This document shows positions 1 to 14,869 of a stretch of 64,000 nt of DNA, one piece after another. The notes beneath the pieces were generated by a model. It worked only from the letters and a program-made list of their open reading frames with translations, was not told where the DNA came from and did not search any database. The position numbers and the translations under genes are program-made. Location: NCBI GenBank assembly GCA_964016885.1, contig OZ024741.1, positions 245,520,001-245,584,000 on the forward strand, in the 5' to 3' direction. The DNA comes from Eledone cirrhosa (lineage: Eukaryota). How positions within the stretch are numbered: position 1 is the stretch's first letter; every line of letters starts with the position of its first letter.

Positions 1-2014
1 TTTTTAATGGATTTTTAATGGATTTTTAATGGATTTTTAATGGGTTTTTAATGGATTTTTTAAATGGATTTTTTTAATGGATTTTTAATGGATTTTTTAA
101 ATTGATTTTTTTTAATGGGTTTTTTTAAATGGATTTTTTTAATGGATTTTTTAAATGGATTTTTTAATGGCTTTTTTAAATGGGTTTTTTAAATGGATTT
201 TTTAATGGATTTTTAATGGATTTTTAATGGATTTTTAATGGATTTTTAATGGATTTTTTAATGACTTTTTTAAATGGATTTTTTTAATGGATTTTTAATG
301 GATTTTTTTTAATGGATTTTTTTTAATGGATTTTTTTTAATGGATTTTTTTTTTTAATGGATTTTTTTTTAATGGGTTTTTTTAATGGCTTTTTTAAATG
401 GATTTTTTTAATGGATTTTTTTAATGGGTTTTTTAAATGGATTTTTTAATGGATTTTTAATGGATTTTTAATGGATTTTTAATGGGTTTTTAATGGATTT
501 TTTAAATGGATTTTTTTAATGGATTTTTAATGGATTTTTTTAATGGATTTTTTTTAATGGGTTTTTTTTAATGGATTTTTTTTTAATGGATTTTTTTAAT
601 GGGTTTTTTTTAATGGATTTTTTTAATGGATTTTTTAAATGGATTTTTTTAATGGATTTTTTTTAATGGGTTTTTTTAAATGGATTTTTTTTAATGGATT
701 TTTTAAATGGATTTTTTTTAATGGGTTTTTTAAATGGATTTTTTAATGGATTTTTTTAAATGGATTTTTTTAATGGATTTTTAATGGATTTTTTTAAATT
801 GATTTTTTTTGGATTTTTTTTAATGGATTTTTTTTTTTATGGATTTTTTTAATGGGTTTTTTTAATGGCTTTTTTAAATGGATTTTTTAATGGATTTTTT
901 TAATGGATTTTTCTTAATGGGTTTTTTAAATGGATTTTTTAATGGATTTTTAATGGATTTTTAATGGATTTTTAATGGGTTTTTAATGGATTTTTTAAAT
1001 GGATTTTTTTAATGGATTTTTTTTAATGGGTTTTTAAATGGATTTTTTTAATGGATTTTTAATGGATTTTTAATGGATTTTTAATGGGTTTTTAATGGAT
1101 TTTTTAAATGGATTTTTTTAATGGATTTTTAATGGATTTTTTAAATTGATTTTTTTTAATGGGTTTTTTTAAATGGATTTTTTTAAATGGATTTTTTAAA
1201 TGGATTTTATAATGGCTTTTTTTAATGGGTTTTTTAAATAGATTTTTTAATGAATTTTTAATGGATTTTTAATGGATTTTTAATGGATTTTTAATGGATT
1301 TTTTAATGACTTTTTTTAAATGGATTTTTTTAATGGATTTTTAATGGATTTTTTTTAATGGATTTTTTTTAATGGATTTTTTTAATGGATTTTTTTTTTT
1401 TTTATGGATTTTTTTTAATGGGTTTTTTTAATGGCTTTTTTAAATGGATTTTTTTAATGGATTTTTTTAATGGATTTTTTAAATGGGTTTTTTAAATGGA
1501 TTTTTTAATGTATTTTTAATGGATTTTTAATGGATTTTTAATGGTTTTTTAATGGATTTTTAATGGATTTTTTTAATGGATTTTTAATGGATTTTTTTAA
1601 TGGATTTTTTTTAATGGGTTTTTTTAATGGATTTTTTTTAATGAATTTTTTTTAATGGGTTTTTTTTTAATGGATTTTTTTTAATGGATTTTTTAAATGG
1701 ATTTTTTTAATGGGTTTTTTTATAGGGTTTTTTTAAATGGATTTTTTTAAATGGATTTTTTAAATGAATTTTTTTAATGGATTTTTTTAATGGGTTTTTT
1801 AAATGGATTTTTTAATGGATTTTTAATGGATTTTTAATGGGTTTTTAATGGATTTTTTAATGGATTTTTTTAAATGGATTTTTTTAATGGATTTTTAATG
1901 GATTTGTTTTAATGGATTTTTTTAATGGATTTTTTAATGGATTTTTTTATGGATTTTTTTTAATGGATTTTTTTTAATGGATTTTTTAAATGGATTTTTT
2001 TAATGGATTTTTTT

Positions 2015-3250
2015 AATGGATTTTTTTTAATGGGTTTTTTTAAATGGATTTTTTTTAATGGATTTTTTAAATTAATTTTTTTAATGGATTTTTTTAATGG
2101 GTTTTTTTAAATGGATTTTTTTTAATGGATTTTTTAAATGAATTTTTTTAATGGATTTTTTTAATGGGTTTTTTAAATGGATTTTTTAATGGATTTTTAA
2201 TGGATTTTTAATGGGTTTTTAATGGATTTTTTAATGGATTTTTTTAAATGGATTTTTATAATGGATTTTTAATGGATTTTTTTTAATGGATTTTTTTAAT
2301 GGATTTTTTAATGGATTTTTTTATGGATTTATTTTAATGGATTTTTTTTAATGGATTTTTTAAATTGATTTTTTTAATGGATTTTTTTAATGGGTTTTTT
2401 TTAATGGATTTTTTTTTAATGGATTTTTTAAATGGATTTTTTAATGTATTTTTAATGGATTTTTAATGGATTTTTAATGGGTTTTTAATGGATTTTTTTA
2501 AATGGATTTTTTTAATGGATTTTTAATGGATTTTTTTAATGGATTTTTTTTAATGGGTTTTTTTTAATGGATTTTTTTTTAATGGATTTTTTTTAATGGG
2601 TTTTTTTTTTAATGGATTTTTTTTAATGGATTTTTTAAATGGATTTTTTTAATGGATTTTTTTTAATGGGTTTTTTTAAATGGATTTTTTTAAATGGATT
2701 TTTTTTAATGGATTTTTTAAATGAATTTTTTTAATGGATTTTTTTAATGGGTTTTTTAAATGGATTTTTTAATGGATTTTTAATGGATTTTTAATGGGTT
2801 TTTAATGGATTTTTTAATGGATTTTTTTAAATGGATTTTTTTAATGGATTTTTAATGGATTTTTTTTAATGGATTTTTTTAATGGATTTTTTAATGGATT
2901 TTTTTTAATGGGTTTTTTTAAATGGATTTTTTTTAATGGATTTTTTAAATTAATTTTTTTAATGGATTTTTTTAATGGGTTTTTTTAAATGGATTTTTTT
3001 TAATGGATTTTTTAAATGAATTTTTTTAATGGATTTTTTTAATGGGTTTTTTAAATGGATTTTTTAATGGATTTTTAATGGATTTTTAATGGGTTTTTAA
3101 TTGGATTTTTTAATGGATTTTTTTAAATGGATTTTTATAATGGATTTTTAATGGATTTTTTTTAATGGATTTTTTTAATGGATTTTTTAATGGATTTTTT
3201 TATGGATTTTTTTTAATGGATTTTTTTTAATGGATTTTTTAAATGGATTT
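2015..3250 (+). repeat. Local ~350-bp direct repeat at offset ~878
   Basis: AAATTAA 2069/2947 (+878) and variant A of GATTTTTATAAT 2258/3137 (+879). Confidence 0.75.
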
Positions 3251-3364
3251 TTTAAATGTATTTTTTTAATGGATTTTTTTAATGGATTTCTTTTTAATGG
3301 ATTTTTTAAATGGATTTTTTTAATGGATTTTTTTAATGGGTTTTTTAAATGGATTTTTTAATGT

Positions 3365-6300
3365 ATTTTTAATGGATTTTTAATGGATTTTTAATGGGTT
3401 TTTAATGGATTTTTTTAAATGGATTTTTTTAATGGATTTTTAATGGATTTTTTTAATGGATTTTTTTTAATGGGTTTTTTTTTAATGGATTTTTTTTAAT
3501 GGATTTTTTTTTTAATGGATTTTTTTTAATGGATTTTTTAAATGGATTTTTTTAATGGATTTTTTTTAATGGGTTTTTTTTTTATGGATTTTTTTTAATG
3601 GATTTTTAATGGATTTTTTAATGACTTTTTTTAAATGTATTTTTTTAATGGATTTTTAATGGATTTTTTTTAATGGATTTTTTTTTTTTAATGGATTTTT
3701 TTTAATGGGTTTTTTTAATGGCTTTTTTAAATGGATTTTTTTAATGGATTTTTTTAATGGATTTTTTTAATGGGTTTTTTAAATGGATTTTTTACTGGAT
3801 TTTTAATGGATTTTTAATGGATTTTTTATGGGTTTTTAATGGATTTTTTTAATGGATTTTTTTAATGGATTTTTAACGGATTTTTTTAATGGATTTTTTT
3901 TAATGGGTTTTTTTTAATGGATTTTTTTTTAATGGATTTTTTTTAATGGGTTTTTTTAATGGATTTTTTTTAATGGATTTTTTAAATGGATTTTTTTAAT
4001 GGATTTTTTTTAATGGGTTTTTTTAAATGGATTTTTTTTAATGGATTTTTTTAATGAATTTTTTTAATGGATTTTTTTAATGGGTTTTTTAAATGGATTT
4101 TTTAATGGATTTTTAATGGATTTTTAATGGGTTTTTAATGGATTTTTTAATGGATTTTTTTAAATGGATTTTTTTAATGGATTTTTAATGGATTTTTTTT
4201 AATGGATTTTTTTAATGGATTTTTTAATGGATTTTTTTATGGATTTTTTTTAATGGTTTTTTTTAATGGATTTTTTAAATGGATTTTTTTAATGGATTTT
4301 GTTAATGGTTTTTTTTAATGTTTTTTTTTAATGGATTTTGAAATGGATTTTTTTAATGGATTTTTTTTAATGGGTTTTTTAAATGGATTTTTTAATGGAT
4401 TTTTAATGGATTTTTAATGGATTTTTAATGGGTTTTTAATGGATTTTTTTAAATGGATTTTTTTAATGGATTTTTAATGGATTTTTTTTAATGGATTTTT
4501 TTTTTAATGGATTTTTTTTTAATGGATTTTTTTTTTAATGGATTTTTTTTAATGGGTTTTTTAAATGGATTTTTTAATGGATTTTTAATGGATTTTTAAT
4601 GGGTTTTTAATGGATTTTTTTAAATGGATTTTTTTAATGGATTTTTAATGGATGTTTTTAAATTGATTTTTTTAATGGGTTTTTTTAATGGCTTTTTTTA
4701 AATGGGTTTTTTTAATGGCTTTTTTAAATGGATTTTTTTAATGGATTTTTTTAATGGATTTTTTTTAATGGGTTTTTTAAATGGATTTTTTAATGGATTT
4801 TTTTAAATGGATTTTTTTAATGGATTTTTAATGGATTTTTTTAAATTGATTTTTTTTAATGGATTTTTTTAATGGATTTTTTTTTTAATGGATTTTTTTA
4901 ATGGGTTTTTTTAATGGCTTTTTTAAATGGATTTTTTAAATGGATTTTTTTAATGGATTTTTTTGAATAGGTTTTTTAAATGGATTTTTAATGGATTTTT
5001 AATGGATTTTTAATGGGTTTTTAATGGATTTTTTTAATGGATTTTTAATGGATTTTTTAAATTGATTTTTTTTAATGGGTTTTTTTAAATGGATTTTTTT
5101 TAATGGATTTTTTAATGGCTTTTTTTAATGGGTTTTTTAAATGGATTTTTTAATGGATTTTTAATGGATTTTTTTTTTTTAATGGATTTTTTTTAATGGG
5201 TTTTTTAATGGCTTTTTTAAATGGATTTTTTTAATGGATTTTTTTAATGGATTTTTTTAATGGATTTTTTTAATGGGTTTTTTAAATGGATTTTTTAATG
5301 GATTTTTAATGGATTTTTTAATGGATTTTTAATGGATTTTTAATGGATTTTTAATGGATTTTTAATGGGTTTTTAATGGATTTTTTTAAATGGATTTTTT
5401 TAATGGATTTTTAATGGATTTTTTTAATGGATTTTTTTTAATGGGTTTTTTTTTAATGGATTTTTTTTAATGGATTTTTTTTTTAATGGATTTTTTTTAA
5501 TGGATTTTTTAAATGGATTTTTTTAATGGATTTTTTTTAATGGGTTTTTTTTTTATGGATTTTTTTTAATGGATTTTTAATGGATTTTTTAATGACTTTT
5601 TTTAAATGTATTTTTTTAATGGATTTTTAATGGATTTTTTTTAATGGATTTTTTTTTTTTAATGGATTTTTTTTAATGGGTTTTTTTAATGGCTTTTTTA
5701 AATGGATTTTTTTAATGGATTTTTTTAATGGATTTTTTTAATGGGTTTTTTAAATGGATTTTTTACTGGATTTTTAATGGATTTTTAATGGATTTTTTAT
5801 GGGTTTTTAATGGATTTTTTTAATGGATTTTTTTAATGGATTTTTAACGGATTTTTTTAATGGATTTTTTTTAATGGGTTTTTTTTAATGGATTTTTTTT
5901 TAATGGATTTTTTTTAATGGGTTTTTTTAATGGATTTTTTTTAATGGATTTTTTAAATGGATTTTTTTAATGGATTTTTTTTAATGGGTTTTTTTAAATG
6001 GATTTTTTTTAATGGATTTTTTTAATGAATTTTTTTAATGGATTTTTTTAATGGGTTTTTTAAATGGATTTTTTAATGGATTTTTAATGGATTTTTAATG
6101 GGTTTTTAATGGATTTTTTAATGGATTTTTTTAAATGGATTTTTTTAATGGATTTTTAATGGATTTTTTTTAATGGATTTTTTTAATGGATTTTTTAATG
6201 GATTTTTTTATGGATTTTTTTTAATGGTTTTTTTTAATGGATTTTTTAAATGGATTTTTTTAATGGATTTTGTTAATGGTTTTTTTTAATGTTTTTTTTT

Positions 6301-7317
6301 AATGGATTTTTAAATGGATTTTTTTAATGGATTTTTTTTAATGGGTTTTTTAAATGGATTTTTTAATGGATTTTTAATGGATTTTTAATGGATTTTTAAT
6401 GGGTTTTTAATGGATTTTTTTAAATGGATTTTTTTAATGGATTTTTAATGGATTTTTTTTAATGGATTTTTTTTTTAATGGATTTTTTTTTAATGGATTT
6501 TTTTTTTAATGGATTTTTTTTAATGGGTTTTTTAAATGGATTTTTTAATGGATTTTTAATGGATTTTTAATGGGTTTTTAATGGATTTTTTTAAATGGAT
6601 TTTTTTAATGGATTTTTAATGGATTTTTTTAAATTGATTTTTTTAATGGGTTTTTTTAATGGCTTTTTTTAAATGGGTTTTTTTAATGGCTTTTTTAAAT
6701 GGATTTTTTTAATGGATTTTTTTAATGGATTTTTTTTAATGGGTTTTTTAAATGGATTTTTTAATGGATTTTTTTAAATGGATTTTTTTAATGGATTTTT
6801 AATGGATTTTTTTAAATTGATTTTTTTTAATGGATTTTTTTAATGGATTTTTTTTTTAATGGATTTTTTTAATGGGTTTTTTTAATGGCTTTTTTAAATG
6901 GATTTTTTAAATGGATTTTTTTAATGGATTTTTTTGAATAGGTTTTTTAAATGGATTTTTAATGGATTTTTAATGGATTTTTAATGGGTTTTTAATGGAT
7001 TTTTTTAATGGATTTTTAATGGATTTTTTAAATTGATTTTTTTTAATGGGTTTTTTTAAATGGATTTTTTTTAATGGATTTTTTAATGGCTTTTTTTAAT
7101 GGGTTTTTTAAATGGATTTTTTAATGGATTTTTAATGGATTTTTTTTTTTTAATGGATTTTTTTTAATGGGTTTTTTAATGGCTTTTTTAAATGGATTTT
7201 TTTAATGGATTTTTTTAATGGATTTTTTTAATGGATTTTTTTAATGGGTTTTTTAAATGGATTTTTTAATGGATTTTTAATGGATTTTTTAATGGATTTT
7301 TAATGGATTTTTAATGG
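3365..7317 (+). repeat. Tandem duplication, period 1971 bp (~3365-5341 / ~5342-7317)
   Basis: ACTGGA 3794/5765, AACGGA 3875/5846, G of GATTTTGTT 4301/6272, GAATAGG 4965/6936: all +1971. Confidence 0.92.
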
Positions 7318-10300
7318 GTTTTTAATGGATTTTTTAATGGATTTTTTTAAATGAATTTTTTTAATGGATTTTTAATGGATTTTTTTTAATGGATTTTTTT
7401 AATGGATTTTTTAATGGATTTTTTTATGGATTTTTTTTAATGGATTTTTTTTAATGGATTTTTTAAATGGATTTTTTTAATGGATTTTTTTAATGGGTTT
7501 TTTTAATGGATTTCTTTTTAATGGATTTATTAAATGGATTTTTTTAATGGATTTTTTTAATGGGTTTTTAAATGGATTTTTTAATGTATTTTTAATGGAT
7601 TTTTAATGGATTTTTAATGGGTTTTTAATGGATTTTTTTAAATGGATTTTTTTAATGGATTTATAATGGATTTTTTTAATGGATTTTTTTTAATGGGTTT
7701 TTTTTAATGGATTTTTTTTTAATGGATTTTTTTTAATGGGTTTTTTTTTTAATGGATTTTTTTAAATGGATTTTTTAAATGGATTTTTTTAATGGATTTT
7801 TTTAATGGGTTTTTTTAAATGGATTTTTTTAAATGGATTTTTTTTAATGGATTTTTTAAATGAATTTTTTTAATGGATTTTTTTAATGGGTTTTTTAAAT
7901 GGATTTTTTAATGGATTTTTAATGGATTTTTAATGGGTTTTTAATGGATTTTTTAATGGATTTTTTTAAATGGATTTTTTTAATGGATTTTTAATGGATT
8001 TTTTTTAATGGATTTTTTTAATGGATTTTTTAATGGATTTTTTTATGGATTTTTTTTAATGGATTTTTTTTAATGGATTTTTTAAATGGATTTTTTTAAT
8101 GGATTTTTTTAATGGGTTTTTTTTAATGGATTTTTTTTTAATGGATTTTTTAAATGGATTTTTTAATGGATTTTTAATGGATTTTTAATGGATTTTTAAT
8201 GGGTTTTTAATGGATTTTTTTAAATGGATTTTTTTAATGGATTTTTAATGGATTTTTTTAAATTGATTTTTTTTAATGGATTTTTTTTTTAATGGATTTT
8301 TATTTAATGGATTTTTTTTAAATGGATTTTTTTTAATGGGTTTTTTAAATGGATTTTTTAATGGATTTTTAATGGATTTTTAATGGGTTTTTAATGGATT
8401 TTTTAAATGGATTTTTTTAATGGATTTTTAATGGATTTTTTTAAATTGATTTTTTTAATGGGTTTTTTTTAATGGCTTTTTTTTAATGGGTTTTTTTAAT
8501 GGCTTTTTTAAATGGATTTTTTTAATGGATTTTTTTAATGGATTTTTTTTAATGGGTTTTTTAAATGGATTTTTTAATGGATTTTTTTAAATGGATTTTT
8601 TTAATGGATTTTTAATGGATTTTTTTAAATTGATTTTTTTTAATGGATTTTTTTTAATGGATTTTTTTTTTAATGGATTTTTTTAATGGGTTTTTTAAAT
8701 GGATTTTTTAATGGATTTTTAATGGATTTTTAATGGATTTTTAATGGGTTTTTAATGGATTTTTTAAATGGATTTTTTTAATGGATTTTTTTAATGGGTT
8801 TTTTAAATGGATTTTTTTAATGGATTTTTAATGTATTTTTAATGGATTTTTAATGGGTTTTTAATGGATTTTTTAAATGGATTTTTTTAATGGATTTTTT
8901 TAATGGGTTTTTTTTAATGGGTTTTTTTAAATGGATTTTTTTTAATGGATTTTTTAAATGGATTTTTTAATGGCTTTTTTTAATGGGTTTTTTAAATGGA
9001 TTTTTTAATGGATTTTTAATGGATTTTTAATGCATTTTTAATGGATTTTTAATGGATTTTTTAATGAGTTTTTTAAATGGATTTTTTTAATGGATTTTTA
9101 ATGGATTTTTTTCTATGGATTTTTTTAATGGATTTTTTTTAATGGATTTTTTTTTTAATGGATTTTTTTTTAATGGGTTTTTTTAATGGCTTTTTTAAAT
9201 GGATTTTTTTAATGGATTTTTTTAATGGATTTTTTTAATGGATTTTTTTAATGGTTTTTTTAAATGGATTTTTTAATGGATTTTTAATGGATTTTTAATG
9301 GATTTTTAATGGGTTTTTAATGGATTTTTTTAAATGGATTTTTTTAATGGATTTTTTAATGGATTTTTTTATGGATTTTTTTTAATGGTTTTTTTTAATG
9401 GATTTTTTAAATGGATTTTTTTAATGGATTTTGTTAATGGTTTTTTTTAATGTTTTTTTTTAATGGATTTTTAAATGGATTTTTTTAATGGATTTTTTTT
9501 AATGGGTTTTTTAAATGGATTTTTTAATGGATTTTTAATGGATTTTTAATGGATTTTTAATGGGTTTTTAATGGATTTTTTTAAATGGATTTTTTTAATG
9601 GATTTTTAATGGATTTTTTTTAATGGATTTTTTTTTTAATGGATTTTTTTTTAATGGATTTTTTTTTTAATGGATTTTTTTTAATGGGTTTTTTAAATGG
9701 ATTTTTTAATGGATTTTTAATGGATTTTTAATGGGTTTTTAATGGATTTTTTTAAATGGATTTTTTTAATGGATTTTTAATGGATTTTTTTAAATTGATT
9801 TTTTTAATGGGTTTTTTTAATGGCTTTTTTTAAATGGGTTTTTTTAATGGCTTTTTTAAATGGATTTTTTTAATGGATTTTTTTAATGGATTTTTTTTAA
9901 TGGGTTTTTTAAATGGATTTTTTAATGGATTTTTTTAAATGGATTTTTTTAATGGATTTTTAATGGATTTTTTTAAATTGATTTTTTTTAATGGATTTTT
10001 TTAATGGATTTTTTTTTTAATGGATTTTTTTAATGGGTTTTTTTAATGGCTTTTTTAAATGGATTTTTTAAATGGATTTTTTTAATGGATTTTTTTGAAT
10101 AGGTTTTTTAAATGGATTTTTAATGGATTTTTAATGGATTTTTAATGGGTTTTTAATGGATTTTTTTAATGGATTTTTAATGGATTTTTTAAATTGATTT
10201 TTTTTAATGGGTTTTTTTAAATGGATTTTTTTTAATGGATTTTTTAATGGCTTTTTTTAATGGGTTTTTTAAATGGATTTTTTAATGGATTTTTAATGGA

Positions 10301-12556
10301 TTTTTTTTTTTTAATGGATTTTTTTTAATGGGTTTTTTAATGGCTTTTTTAAATGGATTTTTTTAATGGATTTTTTTAATGGATTTTTTTAATGGATTTT
10401 TTTAATGGGTTTTTTAAATGGATTTTTTAATGGATTTTTAATGGATTTTTTAATGGATTTTTAATGGATTTTTAATGGGTTTTTAATGGATTTTTTAATG
10501 GATTTTTTTAAATGAATTTTTTTAATGGATTTTTAATGGATTTTTTTTAATGGATTTTTTTAATGGATTTTTTAATGGATTTTTTTATGGATTTTTTTTA
10601 ATGGATTTTTTTTAATGGATTTTTTAAATGGATTTTTTTAATGGATTTTTTTAATGGGTTTTTTTAATGGATTTCTTTTTAATGGATTTATTAAATGGAT
10701 TTTTTTAATGGATTTTTTTAATGGGTTTTTAAATGGATTTTTTAATGTATTTTTAATGGATTTTTAATGGATTTTTAATGGGTTTTTAATGGATTTTTTT
10801 AAATGGATTTTTTTAATGGATTTATAATGGATTTTTTTAATGGATTTTTTTTAATGGGTTTTTTTTAATGGATTTTTTTTTAATGGATTTTTTTTAATGG
10901 GTTTTTTTTTTAATGGATTTTTTTAAATGGATTTTTTAAATGGATTTTTTTAATGGATTTTTTTAATGGGTTTTTTTAAATGGATTTTTTTAAATGGATT
11001 TTTTTTAATGGATTTTTTAAATGAATTTTTTTAATGGATTTTTTTAATGGGTTTTTTAAATGGATTTTTTAATGGATTTTTAATGGATTTTTAATGGGTT
11101 TTTAATGGATTTTTTAATGGATTTTTTTAAATGGATTTTTTTAATGGATTTTTAATGGATTTTTTTTAATGGATTTTTTTAATGGATTTTTTAATGGATT
11201 TTTTTATGGATTTTTTTTAATGGATTTTTTTTAATGGATTTTTTAAATGGATTTTTTTAATGGATTTTTTTAATGGGTTTTTTTTAATGGATTTTTTTTT
11301 AATGGATTTTTTAAATGGATTTTTTTAATGGATTTTTTTTAATGGGTTTTTTTAATGGATTTTTTAATGGATTTTTAATGGATTTTTAATGGATTTTTAA
11401 TGGGTTTTTAATGGATTTTTTTAAATGGATTTTTTTAATGGATTTTTAATGGATTTTTTTAAATTGATTTTTTTTAATGGATTTTTTTTTTAATGGATTT
11501 TTATTTAATGGATTTTTTTTAAATGGATTTTTTTTAATGGGTTTTTTAAATGGATTTTTTAATGGATTTTTAATGGATTTTTAATGGGTTTTTAATGGAT
11601 TTTTTAAATGGATTTTTTTAATGGATTTTTAATGGATTTTTTTAAATTGATTTTTTTAATGGGTTTTTTTTAATGGCTTTTTTTTAATGGGTTTTTTTAA
11701 TGGCTTTTTTAAATGGATTTTTTTAATGGATTTTTTTAATGGATTTTTTTTAATGGGTTTTTTAAATGGATTTTTTAATGGATTTTTTTAAATGGATTTT
11801 TTTAATGGATTTTTAATGGATTTTTTTAAATTGATTTTTTTTAATGGATTTTTTTTAATGGATTTTTTTTTTAATGGATTTTTTTAATGGGTTTTTTAAA
11901 TGGATTTTTTAATGGATTTTTAATGGATTTTTAATGGATTTTTAATGGGTTTTTAATGGATTTTTTAAATGGATTTTTTTAATGGATTTTTTTAATGGGT
12001 TTTTTAAATGGATTTTTTTAATGGATTTTTAATGTATTTTTAATGGATTTTTAATGGGTTTTTAATGGATTTTTTAAATGGATTTTTTTAATGGATTTTT
12101 TTAATGGGTTTTTTTTAATGGGTTTTTTTAAATGGATTTTTTTTAATGGATTTTTTAAATGGATTTTTTAATGGCTTTTTTTAATGGGTTTTTTAAATGG
12201 ATTTTTTAATGGATTTTTAATGGATTTTTAATGCATTTTTAATGGATTTTTAATGGATTTTTTAATGAGTTTTTTAAATGGATTTTTTTAATGGATTTTT
12301 AATGGATTTTTTTCTATGGATTTTTTTAATGGATTTTTTTTAATGGATTTTTTTTTTAATGGATTTTTTTTTAATGGGTTTTTTTAATGGCTTTTTTAAA
12401 TGGATTTTTTTAATGGATTTTTTTAATGGATTTTTTTAATGGATTTTTTTAATGGTTTTTTTAAATGGATTTTTTAATGGATTTTTAATGGATTTTTAAT
12501 GGATTTTTAATGGGTTTTTAATGGATTTTTTTAAATGGATTTTTTTAATGGATTTT
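6172..12556 (+). repeat. Tandem duplication, period 3161 then 3201 bp (~6172-9332 / ~9333-12556)
   Basis: GTT variant 6272/9433, GAATAGG 6936/10097, C of GATTTC 7514/10675 (+3161). After a 40-bp indel near 8160/11330: TATTT 8302/11503, TGCA 9031/12232, CTATGG 9113/12314 (+3201). Confidence 0.9.
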
Positions 12557-14869
12557 TAATGGATTTTTTTAATGGATTTTTTTAATGGTTTCTTTTAATG
12601 GATTTTTTTTTAATGGTTTTTTTTTAATGGGTTTTTTTTTAATGGATTTTTTTTAATGGAATTTTTAAATGGATTTTTTTAATGGATTTTTTTTAATGGG
12701 TTTTTTTAAATGGATTTTTTTTAATGGATTTTTTAAATGAATTTTTTTAATGGATTTTTTTAATGGGTTTTTTAAATGGATTTTTTAATGGATTTTTAAT
12801 GGATTATTAATGGGTTTTTAATGGATTTTTTAATGGATTTTTTTAAATGAATTTTTTTAATGGATTTTTAATGGATTTTTTTAATGGATTTTTTTAATGG
12901 ATTTTTTAATGGATTTTTTTATGGATTTTTTTTAATGGATTTTTTTTAATGGATTTTTTAAATGGATTTTTTTAATGGATTTTTTTAATGGGTTTTTTTA
13001 ATGGATTTCTTTTTAATGGATTTATTAAATGGATTTTTTTAATGGATTTTTTTAATGGGTTTTTTAAATGGATTTTTTAATGTATTTTTAATGGATTTTT
13101 AATGGATTTTTAATGGGTTTTTAATGGATTTTTTTAAATGGATTTTTTTAATGGATTTATAATGGATTTTTTTAATGGATTTTTTTTAATGGGTTTTTTT
13201 TAATGGATTTTTTTTTAATGGATTTTTTTTAATGGGTTTTTTTTTTAATGGATTTTTTTTAATGGATTTTTTAAATGGATTTTTTTAATGGATTTTTTTT
13301 AATGGGGTTTTTTAAATGGATTTTTTTAAATGGATTTTTTTTAATGGATTTTTTAAATGAATTTTTTTAATGGATTTTTTTAATGGGTTTTTTAAATTGA
13401 TTTTTTAATGGATTTTTAATGGATTTTTAATGGGTTTTTAATGGATTTTTTAATGGATTTTTTAAATGGATTTTTTTAATGGATTTTTAATGGATTTTTT
13501 TTAATGGATTTTTTTACTGGATTTTTTAATGGATTTTTAATGGTTTTTTTTTAATGGATTTTTAAATGGATTTTTTTAATGGATTTTTTTTAATGGGTTT
13601 TTTAAATGGATTTTTTAATGGATTTTTAATGGATTTTTAATGGATTTTTAATGGGTTTTTAAAGGATTTTTTTTAATGGATTTTTTTAATGGATTTTTAA
13701 TGGATTTTTTTTAATGGATTTTTTTTTTAATGGATTTTTTTTTAATGGATTTTTTTTTTAATGGATTTTTTTTAATGGGTTTTTTAAATGGATTTTTTAA
13801 TGGATTTTTAATGGATTTTTAATGGGTTTTTAATGGATTTTTTTAAATGGATTTTTTTAATGGATTTTTAATGGATTTTTTTAAATTGATTTTTTTAATG
13901 GGTTTTTTTAATGGCTTTTTTTTAATGGGTTTTTTTAATGGCTTTTTTAAATGGATTTTTTTAATGGATTTTTTTAATGGATTTTTTTTAATGGGTTTTT
14001 TAAATGGATTTTTTAATGGATTTTTTTAAATGGATTTTTTTAATGGATTTTTAATGGATTTTTTTAAATTGATTTTTTTTAATGGATTTTTTTTAATGGA
14101 TTTTTTTTTTAATGGATTTTTTTAATGGGTTTTTTTAATGGCTTTTTTAAATGGATTTTTTAAATGGATTTTTTTAATGGATTTTTTTGAATGGGTTTTT
14201 TAAATGGATTTTTAATGGATTTTTAATGGATTTTTAATGGGTTTTTAATGGATTTTTTAAATGGATTTTTTTAATGGATTTTTAATGGATTTTTTAAATT
14301 GATTTTTTTTAATGGGTTTTTTTAAATGGATTTTTTTTAATGGATTTTTTAAATGGATTTTTTAATGGCTTTTTTTAATGGGTTTTTTAAATGGATTTTT
14401 TAATGGATTTTTAATGGATTTTTAATGGATTTTTAATGGATTTTTTAATGACTTTTTTTAAATGGATTTTTTTAATGGATTTTTAATGGATTTTTTTTAA
14501 TGGATTTTTTTTAATGGATTTTTTTTAATGGATTTTTTTTTTTAATGGATTTTTTTTAATGGGTTTTTTAATGGCTTTTTTAAATGGATTTTTTTAATGG
14601 ATTTTTTTAATGGATTTTTTTAATGGATTTTTTTAATGGGTTTTTTAAATGGATTTTTTAATGGATTTTTAATGGATTTTTAATGGGTTTTTAATGGATT
14701 TTTTAATGGATTTTTTTAAATGAATTTTTTTAATGGATTTTTAATGGATTTTTTTTAATGGATTTTTTTAATGGATTTTTTAATGAATTTTTTTATGGAT
14801 TTTTTTTAATGGATTTTTTTTAATGGATTTTTTAAATGGATTTTTTTAATGGATTTTTTTAATGGGTTT

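Noticed and set aside
13301-13310. G-quadruplex potential (GG/GGG/GGGG heads)
   Set aside because: Most G-runs are only GG with loops of 9 nt or more, and four closely spaced GGG tracts do not occur.
13847-14029. 60-aa ORF MDFFNGFLMDFF...
   Set aside because: It is a translation of the repeat itself (F/M/D/N/G/L) where T-run lengths happen to keep TAA out of frame. It is at the length threshold, with no domain and no promoter or other gene context.
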